From Paramecium tetraurelia (Eukaryota), in the NCBI GenBank assembly GCA_000165425.1, contig CT868585.1, forward strand, positions 372,001-413,286: a stretch of DNA of 41,286 bases, written 5' to 3'. The stretch's first letter is position 1. Every line of letters begins with the position of its first letter. The position numbers and the translations under genes were made by a program. The notes under the pieces were generated by a model. It did no database searches. It was not told the origin of the DNA and saw nothing but the letters and a program-made list of their open reading frames with translations. Shown piece after piece: positions 11,367-23,522 of the stretch.

Positions 11367-12584
11367 ATGAGCTATATTTTGGTAAAATAACTAAATGATT
11401 CATAATTAATAGTTCTATATACTGCAGGAGCTGGAGCATAAGCTTTATGTCATTTCACGCTTCACCCGGGTTCATCAAAATATGCTATGGAATCATCGAG
11501 TTTTTATGCAAAGGGAAGTCTCGAATTACTTTTGAACAGAAACATAGAAAAATTTGTTACAGAACAAGTAGCAGAAGATATGGCACTAAAAGCGTTAATA
11601 AGATCTCATGAGATTTTAAGATAAGAATATATTACTGATAAGTATGATTTCTGTTCTATTAGATTTAATACTACTTTAGGAATTGGAGTCACTGCAGCTA
11701 TTCGATCTGTAAATGAAAGATAGGGGAGACATCATGCATTCATTTGTTTAAACTTTGGAATTGCAAAATATACTTACTATTTGGATTTGGTCAAAGGTGT
11801 AAGGACAAGAGAAGAAGAAGATCAATTCATTTCCGATATTTTGTTTAAACTCATTATTAAACACTCATCTTAGCATTAATAATAGATCAAAGAACAGGAG
11901 GAGGAAGTGTTAGATAAAATTCAAATATTAGAAAATGCTAGTATTATATTATAAATTAAAGAATCGATGAACTTAAACTTAATTAAATCATTGCAAAATC
12001 AAACAGGTCTTCTTAACTCTATCCTAATAACTGCTAATCAATATCAATTAAATCCAATTGTTTAGGATGCTATCATATTAAGTGGGTCATTTAACCCTAT
12101 ACATTTTGGGCATATTGAATTGGCTAAAATGTCATAATAACTTATGGGATTGCCAAATGTGTATTTCGAATTATCGATTAAAAATGCTGATAAACAGGAT
12201 ATCACTATCTAAGATGTTGAGAAGAGAATAGAGTTGATGAAAAAATAGAATCTAAATATTATACTATCTAATAAGGCATTCTTTAAAGATAAAAATTTAT
12301 TTTTAAAAAATGGAGCTTTTGCTATTGGAGTAGATACATATAAACGAGTTGTTGATGTTAAATATTATAACAATTCAATTTAAGAAAGAGATCTTTCTCT
12401 TCTTTTGTTTCTCCAAAACAATAATAAGATTATAGTAGCCCCTAGATACAATGAAACAACTCAAAAATTGGAAACATTGAATGATTATGAAATTCCAAAA
12501 ATATTAGAGAAGAATGTGATTGAATTAAAAGAATTCAGAAATGATATTTCTTCAACAAAAATAAGACAAAGTGAAGGTAATTGA
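11367..12584 (+). CDS. CinA/PncC-like domain fused to HxGH cytidylyl/nucleotidyltransferase (NadD/NMNAT-like) domain, 405 aa
   Basis: Intronless 1218 nt. N-half LYTAGAGAQAL...HPGSS...FVTEQVAEDMA...GIGVTAA...KGVRTREEED; C-half IILSGSFNPIHFGH, FELSIKNADK, FAIGVDT, DISSTKIR. Confidence 0.88.
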
Positions 12585-12619
12585 ATTTATTAATTGTAAA
12601 ATTAAATTAAGCTTAAGAT

Positions 12620-14193
12620 TCAATTCTCTATTTTACAGATTTATTGCCTATAGAGATCAAAAAATTGTTATACTAATTTTTATTTTTATATTTGGTTTTC
12701 GAAACTCTATATGAAATAATCGTATAAATTACTTCTAACGAAGTTCTATTCTTTGTATTCATAATTTTTGAATTCACATAATAGTTAATTGGGTATTGAG
12801 ACTCTTATAGATACTATTTTATAGTATTCTATTTATTCCTCTAATTGCTTTTAGACTGGTTTATCAATCTGAGAAAGGCATCAGATAACCTATCCAATTA
12901 ATCTTGACTACCATCACAAAATAAATTAAAATTGATTTATTTTCCCCAAAGTAAATATTTATTAAAACTATTTATTAATCTATCTATAGGTTTTTAAAGC
13001 AGCAGAAATGATATTAAATGGATACATAAACTAATAAAGGTAGTGAATACTATTCCAATGATTAAATGGCCAATCAATGATTAAAACATTTCTTCAATCA
13101 TATTCTTGAGTAAGCTTATATAATTAGAGTAAGCTTAAGAATTAAACTTCAAAAGAATAATGTATTCATCCGTAATATTCTTCGATCTTATATACCATAA
13201 TTCATTAGTGTTTTTATTAATGATACAAATAGTATTAGGTATGTTGAGCAGACAATTTTCTTGAGTTTAATTCTGTGATATTATCTGGTTCACATCTGTT
13301 TGATTGAATCCAAAAATAGACTCATTCTGAAGAGATAAAACATCCTTTGTTTATGTTTTATAATAATAACTACTTATCAATATTCTCCCTTGATTATCGA
13401 TCACTAATAGATCTATATCTTCATAGTTAAATTAATAAAATTAAGAAAAATTAAGATCAATAGCTCCGATACCTATAACACTTTTATTCTAATCATAGAT
13501 ACTGGTAGTTCCAGAGATGTAAACACCACCTAAAAAATTTACGTATGGTTCAGAAATAACGAATTGAGAAGAATTTATTTAATCCAAATGATTTTGAAAC
13601 CATTTTCTAGAGGAAGGAACAAAGTTAGTGAAATTTGATCCTGGACAAGTTGAAAAATAACAATCGCTAGATATCGAAGTAAAGTAGATATTAAGTTCGT
13701 TTTGAAAAGCTATGGTAGTTGTCAGTATGTTAGAAAGCTTTCTAAAATCTTTTCCATATTAATTTTGCATTTGAATATTCTTGGAGCAATCAAAATTCCC
13801 ATAGCAGTATTGACAATAATTAATGATGCTGTTTTTAAAATAATAATCCTATAAGCATTTTTCAGAATTCTGAGAAAAAGTCATATTTGTTCTTTAAATC
13901 AACTCAAAAAATGTATTTATATTTTCTATTGAATTCATCCCTTATCTTATTTTATACTCCAGGTTCTTCGAATAAATTTCAATGTATGAACTTGTTGATC
14001 CATAAATAAAATTCATTATCAGTTTTTCTTCAGCATCCTTAGTCAAAAACTTAAATAGACCTGATATATTTAGATAAATTAATAGGCTCAAAATAACTAA
14101 CACTATAATCATAGTTATTAGTTAAATTAAAATGATTTAACTTCGAATTCTCCAAGTTTTAAACTATTTTATTATAAATTTATTGCAAAGCAT
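12620..14193 (-). CDS. TM-dCache-TM-HAMP-like membrane receptor with no recognisable output domain, about 515 aa
   Basis: TM1 IILIQLITMIIVLVILSLLIYL; Cache motifs FVPSSRKWF, SEPYVNF, VIGIGAIDL, LLVIDNQGRILI; TM2 LIIGIVFTTFISLCIHLISFLLL; then KPIDRL...DQLDRLSDAF. A probable 26-nt intron near 12648-12673 gives spliced 1548 nt; 3' end less certain. Confidence 0.8.
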
Positions 14194-14259
14194 GTTTAAA
14201 ATAAATATATTTAAGAAATATTTGTTCACTTTTTTAATTAAAATACAAAGTTGATAATT

Positions 14260-14832
14260 TCAAAGATTGATATTGTCTGTGTTCTACTTCATAATAAGGA
14301 GTTCCTTATCATCTAATTTTAATTTAAGCTTATGAAGATAATTATTAAATAGTTGCTGATGAGTTTATTATACAGATTTGCTTTTCGCGGGATAAAGTGA
14401 TTCCACATTTTCTAGGATTGCTTATTATTCATCCAATTCAAATGAATGTAAAAAGTTACTTTAACAATAGGAGTATTAAGAGGGTTTAGTTTTGTCAGAT
14501 GCTTCACTAAGACTTTGACTTTATTTTTCAGTATATTTTTATATTTTCTTCAATTATTTTGATGATTTTGAATTATCCATCTTGCCCCTCTGTTTCTAAT
14601 TAGAATTCTGAATAGTTCTTTCATAAACAAGATCAGTCTATATCTATTTATCGGTTTATTATTTTCTCTTTCTGACTCTGTGTTCCTCCACAATTTCAAA
14701 AGTCTCAATTTTACAATCTTCGCTTAATTTGATAGGTTCTACTATTTATATCTGTTATTTCTTTTATTAAAATTATTTTAGGGACAATAACACATTTTTG
14801 GGTATTGCAATTAGTTTTTAAAGAAATTACAT
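14260..14832 (-). CDS. Hypothetical protein, 190 aa
   Basis: Intronless 573-nt code-6 ORF MQFLLKTNCNTQKCVIVPKIILIKENNRYKIVEP...NTDNINL-TGA. Confidence 0.65.
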
Positions 14833-14992
14833 CGATATTCAATATAAAAATTAAAGTTAATAAACAAATTAAGTCTGATTTTCAAATTTCTAGTTGTTGT
14901 GAACTTTTATTGACTTTGAATGACTTACAAGGAAAAATGTATTAAAGTGAAATCAGAAGATAACAATTACATTTAAGAATTACTAATATATA

Positions 14993-15962
14993 TCATTTAT
15001 CAATATATTAAGATTGCTATTATTTCTATTAACTTGATTGTCTAGTAATTTTAGTTTTCTAACTAATTTATGATTTTGTATCACTAATATTCTTTTCTGA
15101 TTTATTGATTTAGGAGTCAGTTTCTTTGTAATTTGACCTCTTTATAATTTTATTTGGATTCTCTGTCATTACACATAAATATCATACCTTCTGGTTTTGG
15201 GATTGAGGGTACTTTAATGCCTATTACACCTTAGGGATAATGCTAGAGAAATTTTTCGATGCCTCCACTCAGAAGATAAACATTTTCGAATCCTTTTTCA
15301 GCAAAGAGAGTGGCTGAAGGGATTCCATTCTTTTCATCAAAATGATATATAATAATGTGTTTGTCTTTTTGGTTTTTCTAATTGAATATTTAAATGTACA
15401 AATCTATGAATTTATTAGGTTAATTTATCTTATCTTAGATTGGGAGCTGGGAAATTGACAGCCTCTTTAATGTGATAGAGTTCAAATTCATCAGGATCTC
15501 GCAAGTCCAAAAGCAGAAATTCTGATTAATCTGTAATCCCCAATTATTCTGTGGCATAAGTAATTGCAGAGACTTATGAGACTTCAGTAAATCTGGTCTT
15601 TTAACTATATTGACTTTAAGTATCAAATTATTGTAACTACTCCTATTCTTATTATTGTTGATCTGCTAACTTATAAATAGTTTCTTATTCTGTGTTTTCC
15701 TATCATAATATATATAAAGTATACGCTTATAAAGTTGAACACAGTGGAACACTTGATACGCTTAAACAACTCAGATCTTTTTTTAGCTATCTTAGCATTA
15801 CTTACTACTTCAATGTCTCTCACAGTTGGTCCTGTATTTAAGGTCTGTTTGACATGATCATATTATTTGTTTTTTGGTACTTTTTTATCAAGGGGCTTGG
15901 GAATTCAAATTCATAATTACATTTCCTTTTCCTTTAACATAACCAATTGGCATTTTGTCCAT
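14993..15962 (-). CDS. CEP41: Centrosomal/ciliary protein CEP41-like (inactive rhodanese domain), 290 aa
   Basis: KVPKNKQYDHVKQTLNTG...KKRSELFKRIK matches the CEP41 N-terminus; rhodanese LLLDLRDPDEF...IIIYHFDE...KGFENVYLLSGG. Four introns (25, 25, 22, 25 nt); spliced 873 nt. Confidence 0.88.
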
Positions 15963-16088
15963 TATAATTAATTCAAATATTCTGTTAACTAATATTATTA
16001 AATTAAATGAAATGATATTAGAATAACTGTATATATAATGATTTCAGGATTATCAATAAAACAAAGCAAAAATATAGATTGAATTATA

Positions 16089-18548
16089 TCATTAATTCTT
16101 GTTGAGTATTTATATTAATTATAATTCTCTGATTGGTTTAACTAAAAAGTCTGCCATTCCAGAATTAATACATTTTTCATACTCTTATTGATCCGTATAA
16201 CCACTACAACCAATAATAATCTGATTGGGAAAGCTTTGCAGAATGATTTTAGTGGTCTATTAGCCATTCATCGTTGGCATTTCAATGTCCATGAAAACTA
16301 TTTTGTAACCCTGACAAGTATTGGAACACTTCTTGGTTTTTATTTTTGTAATTGATTCGCTCCCAGACAAGGCTGAATCGATATCAAATTCACTTGTAAA
16401 CTGATGCTTTTTATTTTTCTACAATTCCAATAGCATTCTTTTGAATGCAAAGATATTGAAACAATCATCGTCAACTATCAAATAGTGAAGACAATTTTAT
16501 TGAGTTGATAAGTCTTCCTTAATGTTCGAAGGTATTGCTTTGAAACTAATTATTTCATCAACTTCTTAAGGCTATAATGAAATTTCAGGTACTCTGAAAC
16601 TTGAGATTTTCTTTTTGAAATTTTCATCAAAATATAAATCAAAATAAAAATGGCAATAATGATTATCCTTATCATTTTTTGAATCTATATTAAGTCCAGT
16701 AGAGCCAATATTTTAAGCTATCTGATTACTTATAACTAAACCCAACCCTACACCTTATTGATTGAGTTTCCTACTTTCTTCAGAATTGACCTTTGAGAAT
16801 GCTTTAAACAATTTTTACTGATCCTCTTCTGAGATGCCAATACCTTCATCTTTCACTCCAAATCTTAAGGCATTCTATTTGAATTACTCAAGAATTATCG
16901 TAATTTTTCCACTTTGAGTAAATTTGAATGCATTGCTTAACAAATTTATTATGATTTGTTTGATCCTATTCCTATCAGAAAACAGAGTTTTTGGTAGATT
17001 AGAATTATAATAGGTAGATAATTGAACTTACCTCAACTTGGCTTTTAATTTAAACATTTATTAGCATTCCTCGATTAAGGATTACAAATTAAATAGTACC
17101 TTTTCAACTCTGAATTTCCCATTTTTTATTTGGGCCAAGTCTAATAGATCATTAGATAAATTTAAAATATAATTCGAGTTATCTAAGGCTATTTGTAATT
17201 GTTCATTAATATCAGGATTGTTAATGATATTCTGATATTTAAGTACACATTCTAACATTTGAATAATACAATTTAATGGAGAACGATATTCATGACTGAC
17301 AAATGAGAGCATTTTAGACTTCTATTTATCATACTCCTTTAAATATCTAATTTTTTGTCTATGAGTTACATCTCTACAAATTATGATAATATATTAATTT
17401 TTACTCAAAGTCAGTGTTAATTCAATTAATTAATTGCTTTCTGTATTAATATATGTTTAGGATGTTTGTATTTATTGAGTTGTGAAAAGTGTGAATCTTG
17501 TATTTAATTGTGCTTAAACAACAACACATTCTTGAGTTTTAGATTTTAATAATGTTTCAATGATCTGCTTTATTTTAAATTTCTGATTCCTATCCTAAAC
17601 CTATTAAACATCCTAAGTCAAATTCCTCTGTTATTAAGATGGTTAATCTTTAGATTCTGTTGTTTATCTGAAAAGATGTAAAGAGGGTTATCTCTGATAT
17701 TGAGATACAAATAATAAATCTTCATTTGGTTCTCCATTAAATAATTAAAATGTATTCAGACCATCAATGAATTGGAGGACTTCTTAATCAGTTTCTCTAT
17801 TGAATAACAATTTAGTAGCTTGATTCACATATTTAATGGAGTAAGGAAAAGTTGCAGTATTTGATTCTGGAACAAGTAAAATCACACCTTCTTGCAACAA
17901 TTCAAAACATTAAATGCTCGTCTCTTAAATTCCATTATCTGCTGTGGTTGATGTTTCCCTCATTCCTAAAGAGTTTTGATTTTGATCGAGATCAAATTAT
18001 GAGACATTTCTCTTTGAGTTTAGGATGTCCTATTTATTAGTATTCGTTATTTCTGTTATCATTGACGTCATTTGAGGTTGACTTTGTTTTGGCAAGGAAG
18101 AGTTACAGTATAACGATATTATTAAAGTGGCCAATAATTGCGGTTGTTCTCTATCAAACTCAATTCTGAAATATGAATACACTAGTAGAAATATTGGGAT
18201 AATTGCCTAGAAAGCATAAAGTTCAGATTTAACACCCAATTTAAAGTCTAAAAACAAGTCCTTTATTAAAATCTAAGCTATTATTATTTATGAGAAGGGT
18301 ATCCTACCAAAATTGTGTATATTCATTATTATTAAACAGAACATATCTAATTCTATGCATATAATAGTTCCTTACAACATGAACTTATTAAAAACATTTT
18401 ATAGCAATATTAATCCTAATGTAATCAATGTTATAATTATTAATTGTATCAAATTGAGCACACATGAGTTTTGCGATTAGTGATATATAGAATATGAGAG
18501 AATCATGCTTTGTAAAAGATTGACCATAAAGCATTTTTGATTTAACAT
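16089..18548 (-). CDS. Membrane hybrid histidine kinase (TMs, PAS-like, HisKA, HATPase, receiver), 819 aa
   Basis: 2460-nt code-6 ORF. H box [12 protein letters not shown] box [18 protein letters not shown]1 [10 protein letters not shown]2 GVGLGLVIS; receiver LIVDDD...FMDIEMP...FLVKP; hydrophobic N-terminus. Confidence 0.95.
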
Positions 18549-19749
18549 AATTTAATATAAATATACTTTTTAAACTAAATACTATAATTTCTTAATCTAG
18601 AAAATTCATTCAATATTTATCAACTCCGTTTCTGTATGATTGTCTAAGAAAATCTACGTAATCTATTTTAATGCATATTAAATATTTGTCATGTTACATT
18701 AATTTGTAATTTATATTTATTTATAAATCTCAACCTATATAAGGCCTGTTGGAAAAATGAAAATATACCAATTCTAATCCATTCTATTCTATTTAGTGGT
18801 TACTTCATTTGGATTTCATTATTATTAATACTATTCATATTAAGATTAAATTAGCATCCCAACAATTAAGAATTATAAATAATGTATGAGCAATTATCTA
18901 TAAAAAATCATAAATTATGAGGATCTCAAAGGATAATAAAGAATTCCATTTCAGAAGAGAAATATTTTATAATTTAATATAATCTTCATTACATCATCTC
19001 AAACTAATAATATCTTTTTCATATCTCCAACTTTTATTATTGATCTTAATCCAAAATACATATAATATAATGTATATAAATCATAAAATCAAGAACCAAA
19101 ACTAAAGGTTTTTGATAATGAAATCCTTCTTAAATTTCCTCATAATAAAAATATAATTCGCACTTTATGTATAAGCTTAAGGTCAAATATACTAAGAAGA
19201 AATCAAATTCATGAATGTACGTGACATTACTTTCAAATACTTTACATATTCATCACATTTTTGACATTCTCCTACAGTGATGTAATATATAAAAAGATTT
19301 CAATATAGTAATTGAGTTAAATGAAGATTAAACTATTAATTGAATTAATTAGTGAATGAAAATCAGAAATGCTAGTTTATTTTTAATATTAATAATATGA
19401 TATCAAATTCTATAATGACATTTCTGCATTTATCTTCAATTGCCTTAAAATTAGATCTAAATTACTTTGAAAAGAAAGAAATGACTCAATTTTATCATTT
19501 CTCGATCTTTAAATTTTATACAAAAATTCGTAAGGTATCAATACCTAAGAATTCAAAAGCTATATATATTATTTAAAATTTATGACGATTAAGTAAAATC
19601 AAGGAAAAGCGAGAATTATAATTTCTCAAGTTGTTTAGCCTTTGAGATGTGCTAAATCCTGGTTTCCATGTTAGATATTTAAATGAATAAGAGAACAAAT
19701 ATTAAGATATATAGTTAATACTCTAATTATAAATCAATGATATGAGACC

Positions 19750-20424
19750 TCAATACTTGAGTAGAGAATTCCTAACTATAGTCTTATTAGCCACATGACA
19801 GCTCTTTTACTGAATTTTGGAGTTATATATATAACTGACAGAGTCATTTCTCAAAAAATTATTACTAGAGTCGTTATTTAAAACAAAATACCCTAAAATT
19901 CTAAACATCATCAAAAAATCTTGATGATGGGTATATCTTTTAATATGGGCTATATTCCTTAGTTTGTTTCTCAATCGGTTCATCAATTTTAGGAACTCCT
20001 GAGCTCTGGTTTCTCCCAAAATAGAGCAAATGAGATGTTTTTATCTACAGGCAAAAGATACAATAGCTTTTGCATAATTTTTTTGGATATTTGTAGACTT
20101 GACCAGGAAGTTTGGTTTTTAAGACTTTTTTGTGAGGATATTCTTAATGATCTTATTTTGAATCTGTGTATCTCTAATTTCTTCTTGATTGCTTGTTAAT
20201 TCAGGTTTGCTTTCAGTTTCTGAGTAAGTTATCTTTTGGATATCTTCTATATGGGGATTAGGTTCCTCAGATGATTTATTCTCTTAATTTTGAGTCTATG
20301 TCTAAATATTGTAATGTAGTGGATTTGGAACAGAAAATGGTTAAGGCATTATCAAATATTGATACCCATATGGATAAACTAGCTGATGGGGTACAAAATA
20401 AGCATTAAAATTTGTATTGAACAT
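19750..20424 (-). CDS. Hypothetical protein (Pro/Tyr-rich N-terminus, basic helical C-terminal domain)
   Basis: MFNTNFNAYFVPHQLVYPYGYQYL...STNIQKNYAKAIVSF...FRILG|NNFLRNDSVSYIYNSKI...LLKY-TGA. Probable 27-nt intron 19865-19891. Confidence 0.8.
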
Positions 20425-20725
20425 ATAATTATTATATTCTAAATAAACACAACCGTAAGACTTAATATTATCGATACTAAATCGGTTTATTCACTTTAAT
20501 TAAGTAATATTATTACATTTTTAATTAATAATGGATATATTGACACATTATCATTCAAGATAAGATATTAATTATCATTCAATCATATTAATTTATCTTA
20601 TTCGATAACATTACCACAACTCAAAATAGAAATATAATTAATTGTAATTATGAATTATTGATCCCTAATAATGATTAATATTGTTAATATCTATAAATAA
20701 TGATATAAATTAATATTAATATAAA

Positions 20726-21195
20726 ATGTTTAGAAAAAAGGAAGTTATTTAGATAGCAGAATTGAGAGCTGAACCCTTAAAAGATATATAATTTTAGTTG
20801 AGTGAGGAGTTATATGAGTCAAAGTTTATTTATAACATCAATGTATACAGTTGGATTAGATTGATTAGAGAATGCAATGGAAATTAAAGAGGGAAGTGAT
20901 TGGGGATGTTTAAAAGGTATCAGAGATCAATTCAAAGATCTCGATAATAAAAGAATCACATAAATCTCAATTGAAGGAAGAACTGGTAAAATTAACATAG
21001 GATGTTGTGAATTTAGAATAATAAAAAGTGAATCAAATAAAAACAATTAGAAAATTGGTGGATGATAAAGAATTTGCAGAAAAGAAATCTAAGGAAATGA
21101 AGAAATTATTTTTGTAATCTCAAATTCGTAATGAGTAATTAAAAAAAATGATTTTAGAAGAGGAAGAACGATTTAAGAGTTTGATATTGAATTGA
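20726..21195 (+). CDS. Coiled-coil hypothetical protein, 147 aa
   Basis: MFRKKEVIQIAELRAEP...; intron 20843-20868 (GTA..TAG) restores frame; spliced 444 nt; ends FKSLILN-TGA. Confidence 0.75.
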
Positions 21196-21216
21196 TAATA
21201 GTAAAAAATTAATTAA

Positions 21217-22353
21217 TCAATTGTATTATTAATATCTTAATAGTTATTATTCTTTCTCTTATAAATTTCTTGACATTACTAATAAGAGATTTTAAAGGTC
21301 TCTTATTTATGGATTGTCTTTCACATTCCTTTTGTAATTATCTAGTTCTCTATGTAATCTATCAATTTCTAAATCCTTCAATTCTAGATACTCCATGGCC
21401 TCTTTTAATTCATCCTCCTTGTTGTTGTTTTATTGCATATGTAATTTGATTTCATCTATTTGATTAAGTACTTCAACTAATTGTTAATCCTTGGTTTACA
21501 ATTCTGCAGTCAGATCTTTTAATCTCTTCTGAGTTTACAATAATTACTATTTAAGTATAGAATTGCTATGAGTTAATTCTTGGATCTCAAGAGTTAATGT
21601 TTCATAACATTTGGTCGGTCTTTTTTAAGACCCACTGTTTTTTCTATTAAGCTTTTATAATTCTGTTTCGTATGTCCTATTCATATTTTGAGACATCTGT
21701 AAATTGATATCTTTACTTTTCAGTTAATCATTAAGACTAGATAATTCACCCCTTTTTTATGTCAATTCTTTCTGGCATTTCTGTAATTACTTTTGATATT
21801 CCTTAACCTATTAATCCTTCTTTATCAAGAGTGTTTCAGCTTCTGTGGATGCTTCAGTCAAAATTTGTATTTTATTTTTTAGAGTGGCCAATTCTATCAT
21901 AACATCCTACTTAAAGGATGACTCGTCTAGTTTCTTAAGACCTTCAAACTTCTTCTCTAATTATGCATAACGTTGTCTCTCTTAAAAATACATCTTCTCA
22001 TAATGATCATAATCAGTTTAGATATTTATAGATCTCATTTCCTTATTGTATTATTGAGTATCCTTTAATTCAAGTGCTAACTGCTTTAATTCATGCTTAT
22101 ACCTTTCGATAATCTAATTAAAACATTAAAATACTTTGATTTCTCCTTCTCTCAAATGATTAACTAATGTCATTATTTGATTGAGAATTGTTAGTATCTC
22201 TGATGAGTTACAATCCTCTTCATTCTCCAATATCACAGGTAATTGATTCTCCTCTGTTTCATCTGACAATTACTTGACTTCTTCCCAATATTCATTCTGA
22301 TCTTATTTGAATTCTTCTAAACGTTAAAAGAGAATTTGCAATTATTATTCCAT
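21217..22353 (-). CDS. Coiled-coil hypothetical protein, about 371 aa
   Basis: MEQQLQILFQRLEEFKQDQNEYWEEV...; E/K/Q/L-rich heptads; a probable 21-nt intron; ends YQQYN-TGA. Confidence 0.8.
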
Positions 22354-22363
22354 AAATTTATTT

Positions 22364-22734
22364 ATGGCTTAAAATTTTCACGGCAATCTACCAAAAGAGT
22401 TCGAAGGATTCCTCCATGAAGTCAAATCTGTGGTTTAGCTGCCAGACAATAAGCATTGAATGAAAGTATTCAATCAGAACAGAAGAAGTGCATTGAAGGA
22501 AAGAAAGAATAAGACTTTTTGAAGTGTTAAACTCTATTAGCAAAGAAATTAGAGAAGAATGAAGCATTATTTTGTATGTCCACATGATTTATCAAAGAGT
22601 TCAAGATGATATATTGGAGAGAAACATCAGTCTAATGTTTCAAGGCATAAGAATAAAAAGGTGCAGGAACTGAACAATGCAAGGCTGATTCTAAGAAATT
22701 GTTGGAGACTATCTTTGATTCCTTTAAAATATGA
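22364..22734 (+). pseudogene. Small twin-cysteine-pair protein gene with an apparent frameshift at 22439-22440 (pseudogene or sequence error)
   Basis: MAQNFHGNLPKEFEGFLHEVKSVVQ, then extra 'CT', then ARQQALNESIQSEQKKCIEGKKEQDFLKC...F|QFKMIYWRETSVQCFKAQEQKGAGTEQCKADSKKLLETIFDSFKI-TGA. Intron 22574-22597; spliced 347 nt, not a multiple of 3. Confidence 0.65.
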
Positions 22735-23522
22735 ATATATATATAAGCGAGTTTAACAAATTTAGACTGATGGTTTTTTTATTTTGACATGCTCTCATTG
22801 ATATATAAAGATATGTTATATGAGGAATAGCATATCTGTTGCAATTTGAAACACTATTGATTTCTCCATATAATCAAATAAAAACAAGGCCTTTACTTGT
22901 AGTATATGGATTTCTGAAACTAATTAGAACATTATTAACATTAGTTTATTTACTGCTCAAGGATACAATATGTTTTTCTCATCAATTAAACCGTTTTTGT
23001 ATAGAATAATATGGATCAACTAGTTTCAATGTTGTGATATCTAAAGATGTTAAATTAAATTTAATATAATTCTTTTATACTGTATTAAAATCAAAGGTTG
23101 TTGTTTATGATTCGTCATATCAAACATTTTAATATTTTCGGATTATATTCACTATTCCTCATGAAGATATAAATCACATGAATGCATTTTTGATACTCTT
23201 TTGATTGAATTCAAAGATATAAATATTTGATACATTAAATCGCAATCTATTAAATATGGTTTTATATTATAAAATGAGTAAAAATAAAGAAGATTCAGAA
23301 ATACCTAATATTGATAATTAAGGCGAATTCTTTATGTTAATAAAATCTATTTACCATTTATTTAAATTAATGACTCTAGTTTAATAATAAAATACATAAG
23401 AAAATAGCTTCAGACTTATATTAATTAAATTCAATTCTTAATATCGCTGAAAGTAAAGGAGAATGAAGATCTGGTTTAATTAATAATTAATACTTAAATA
23501 TATTCTAAATATACTAAATTAC

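Noticed and set aside
18278..18307. 30-nt GTA...TAG segment in the His-kinase as a possible intron
   Set aside because: In frame, stop-free and within a hydrophobic segment; not needed for the model and undecidable without RNA-seq.
20824..20850. Apparent frameshift or 27-nt intron in the coiled-coil gene
   Set aside because: The alternative canonical intron 20843-20868 restores the frame.
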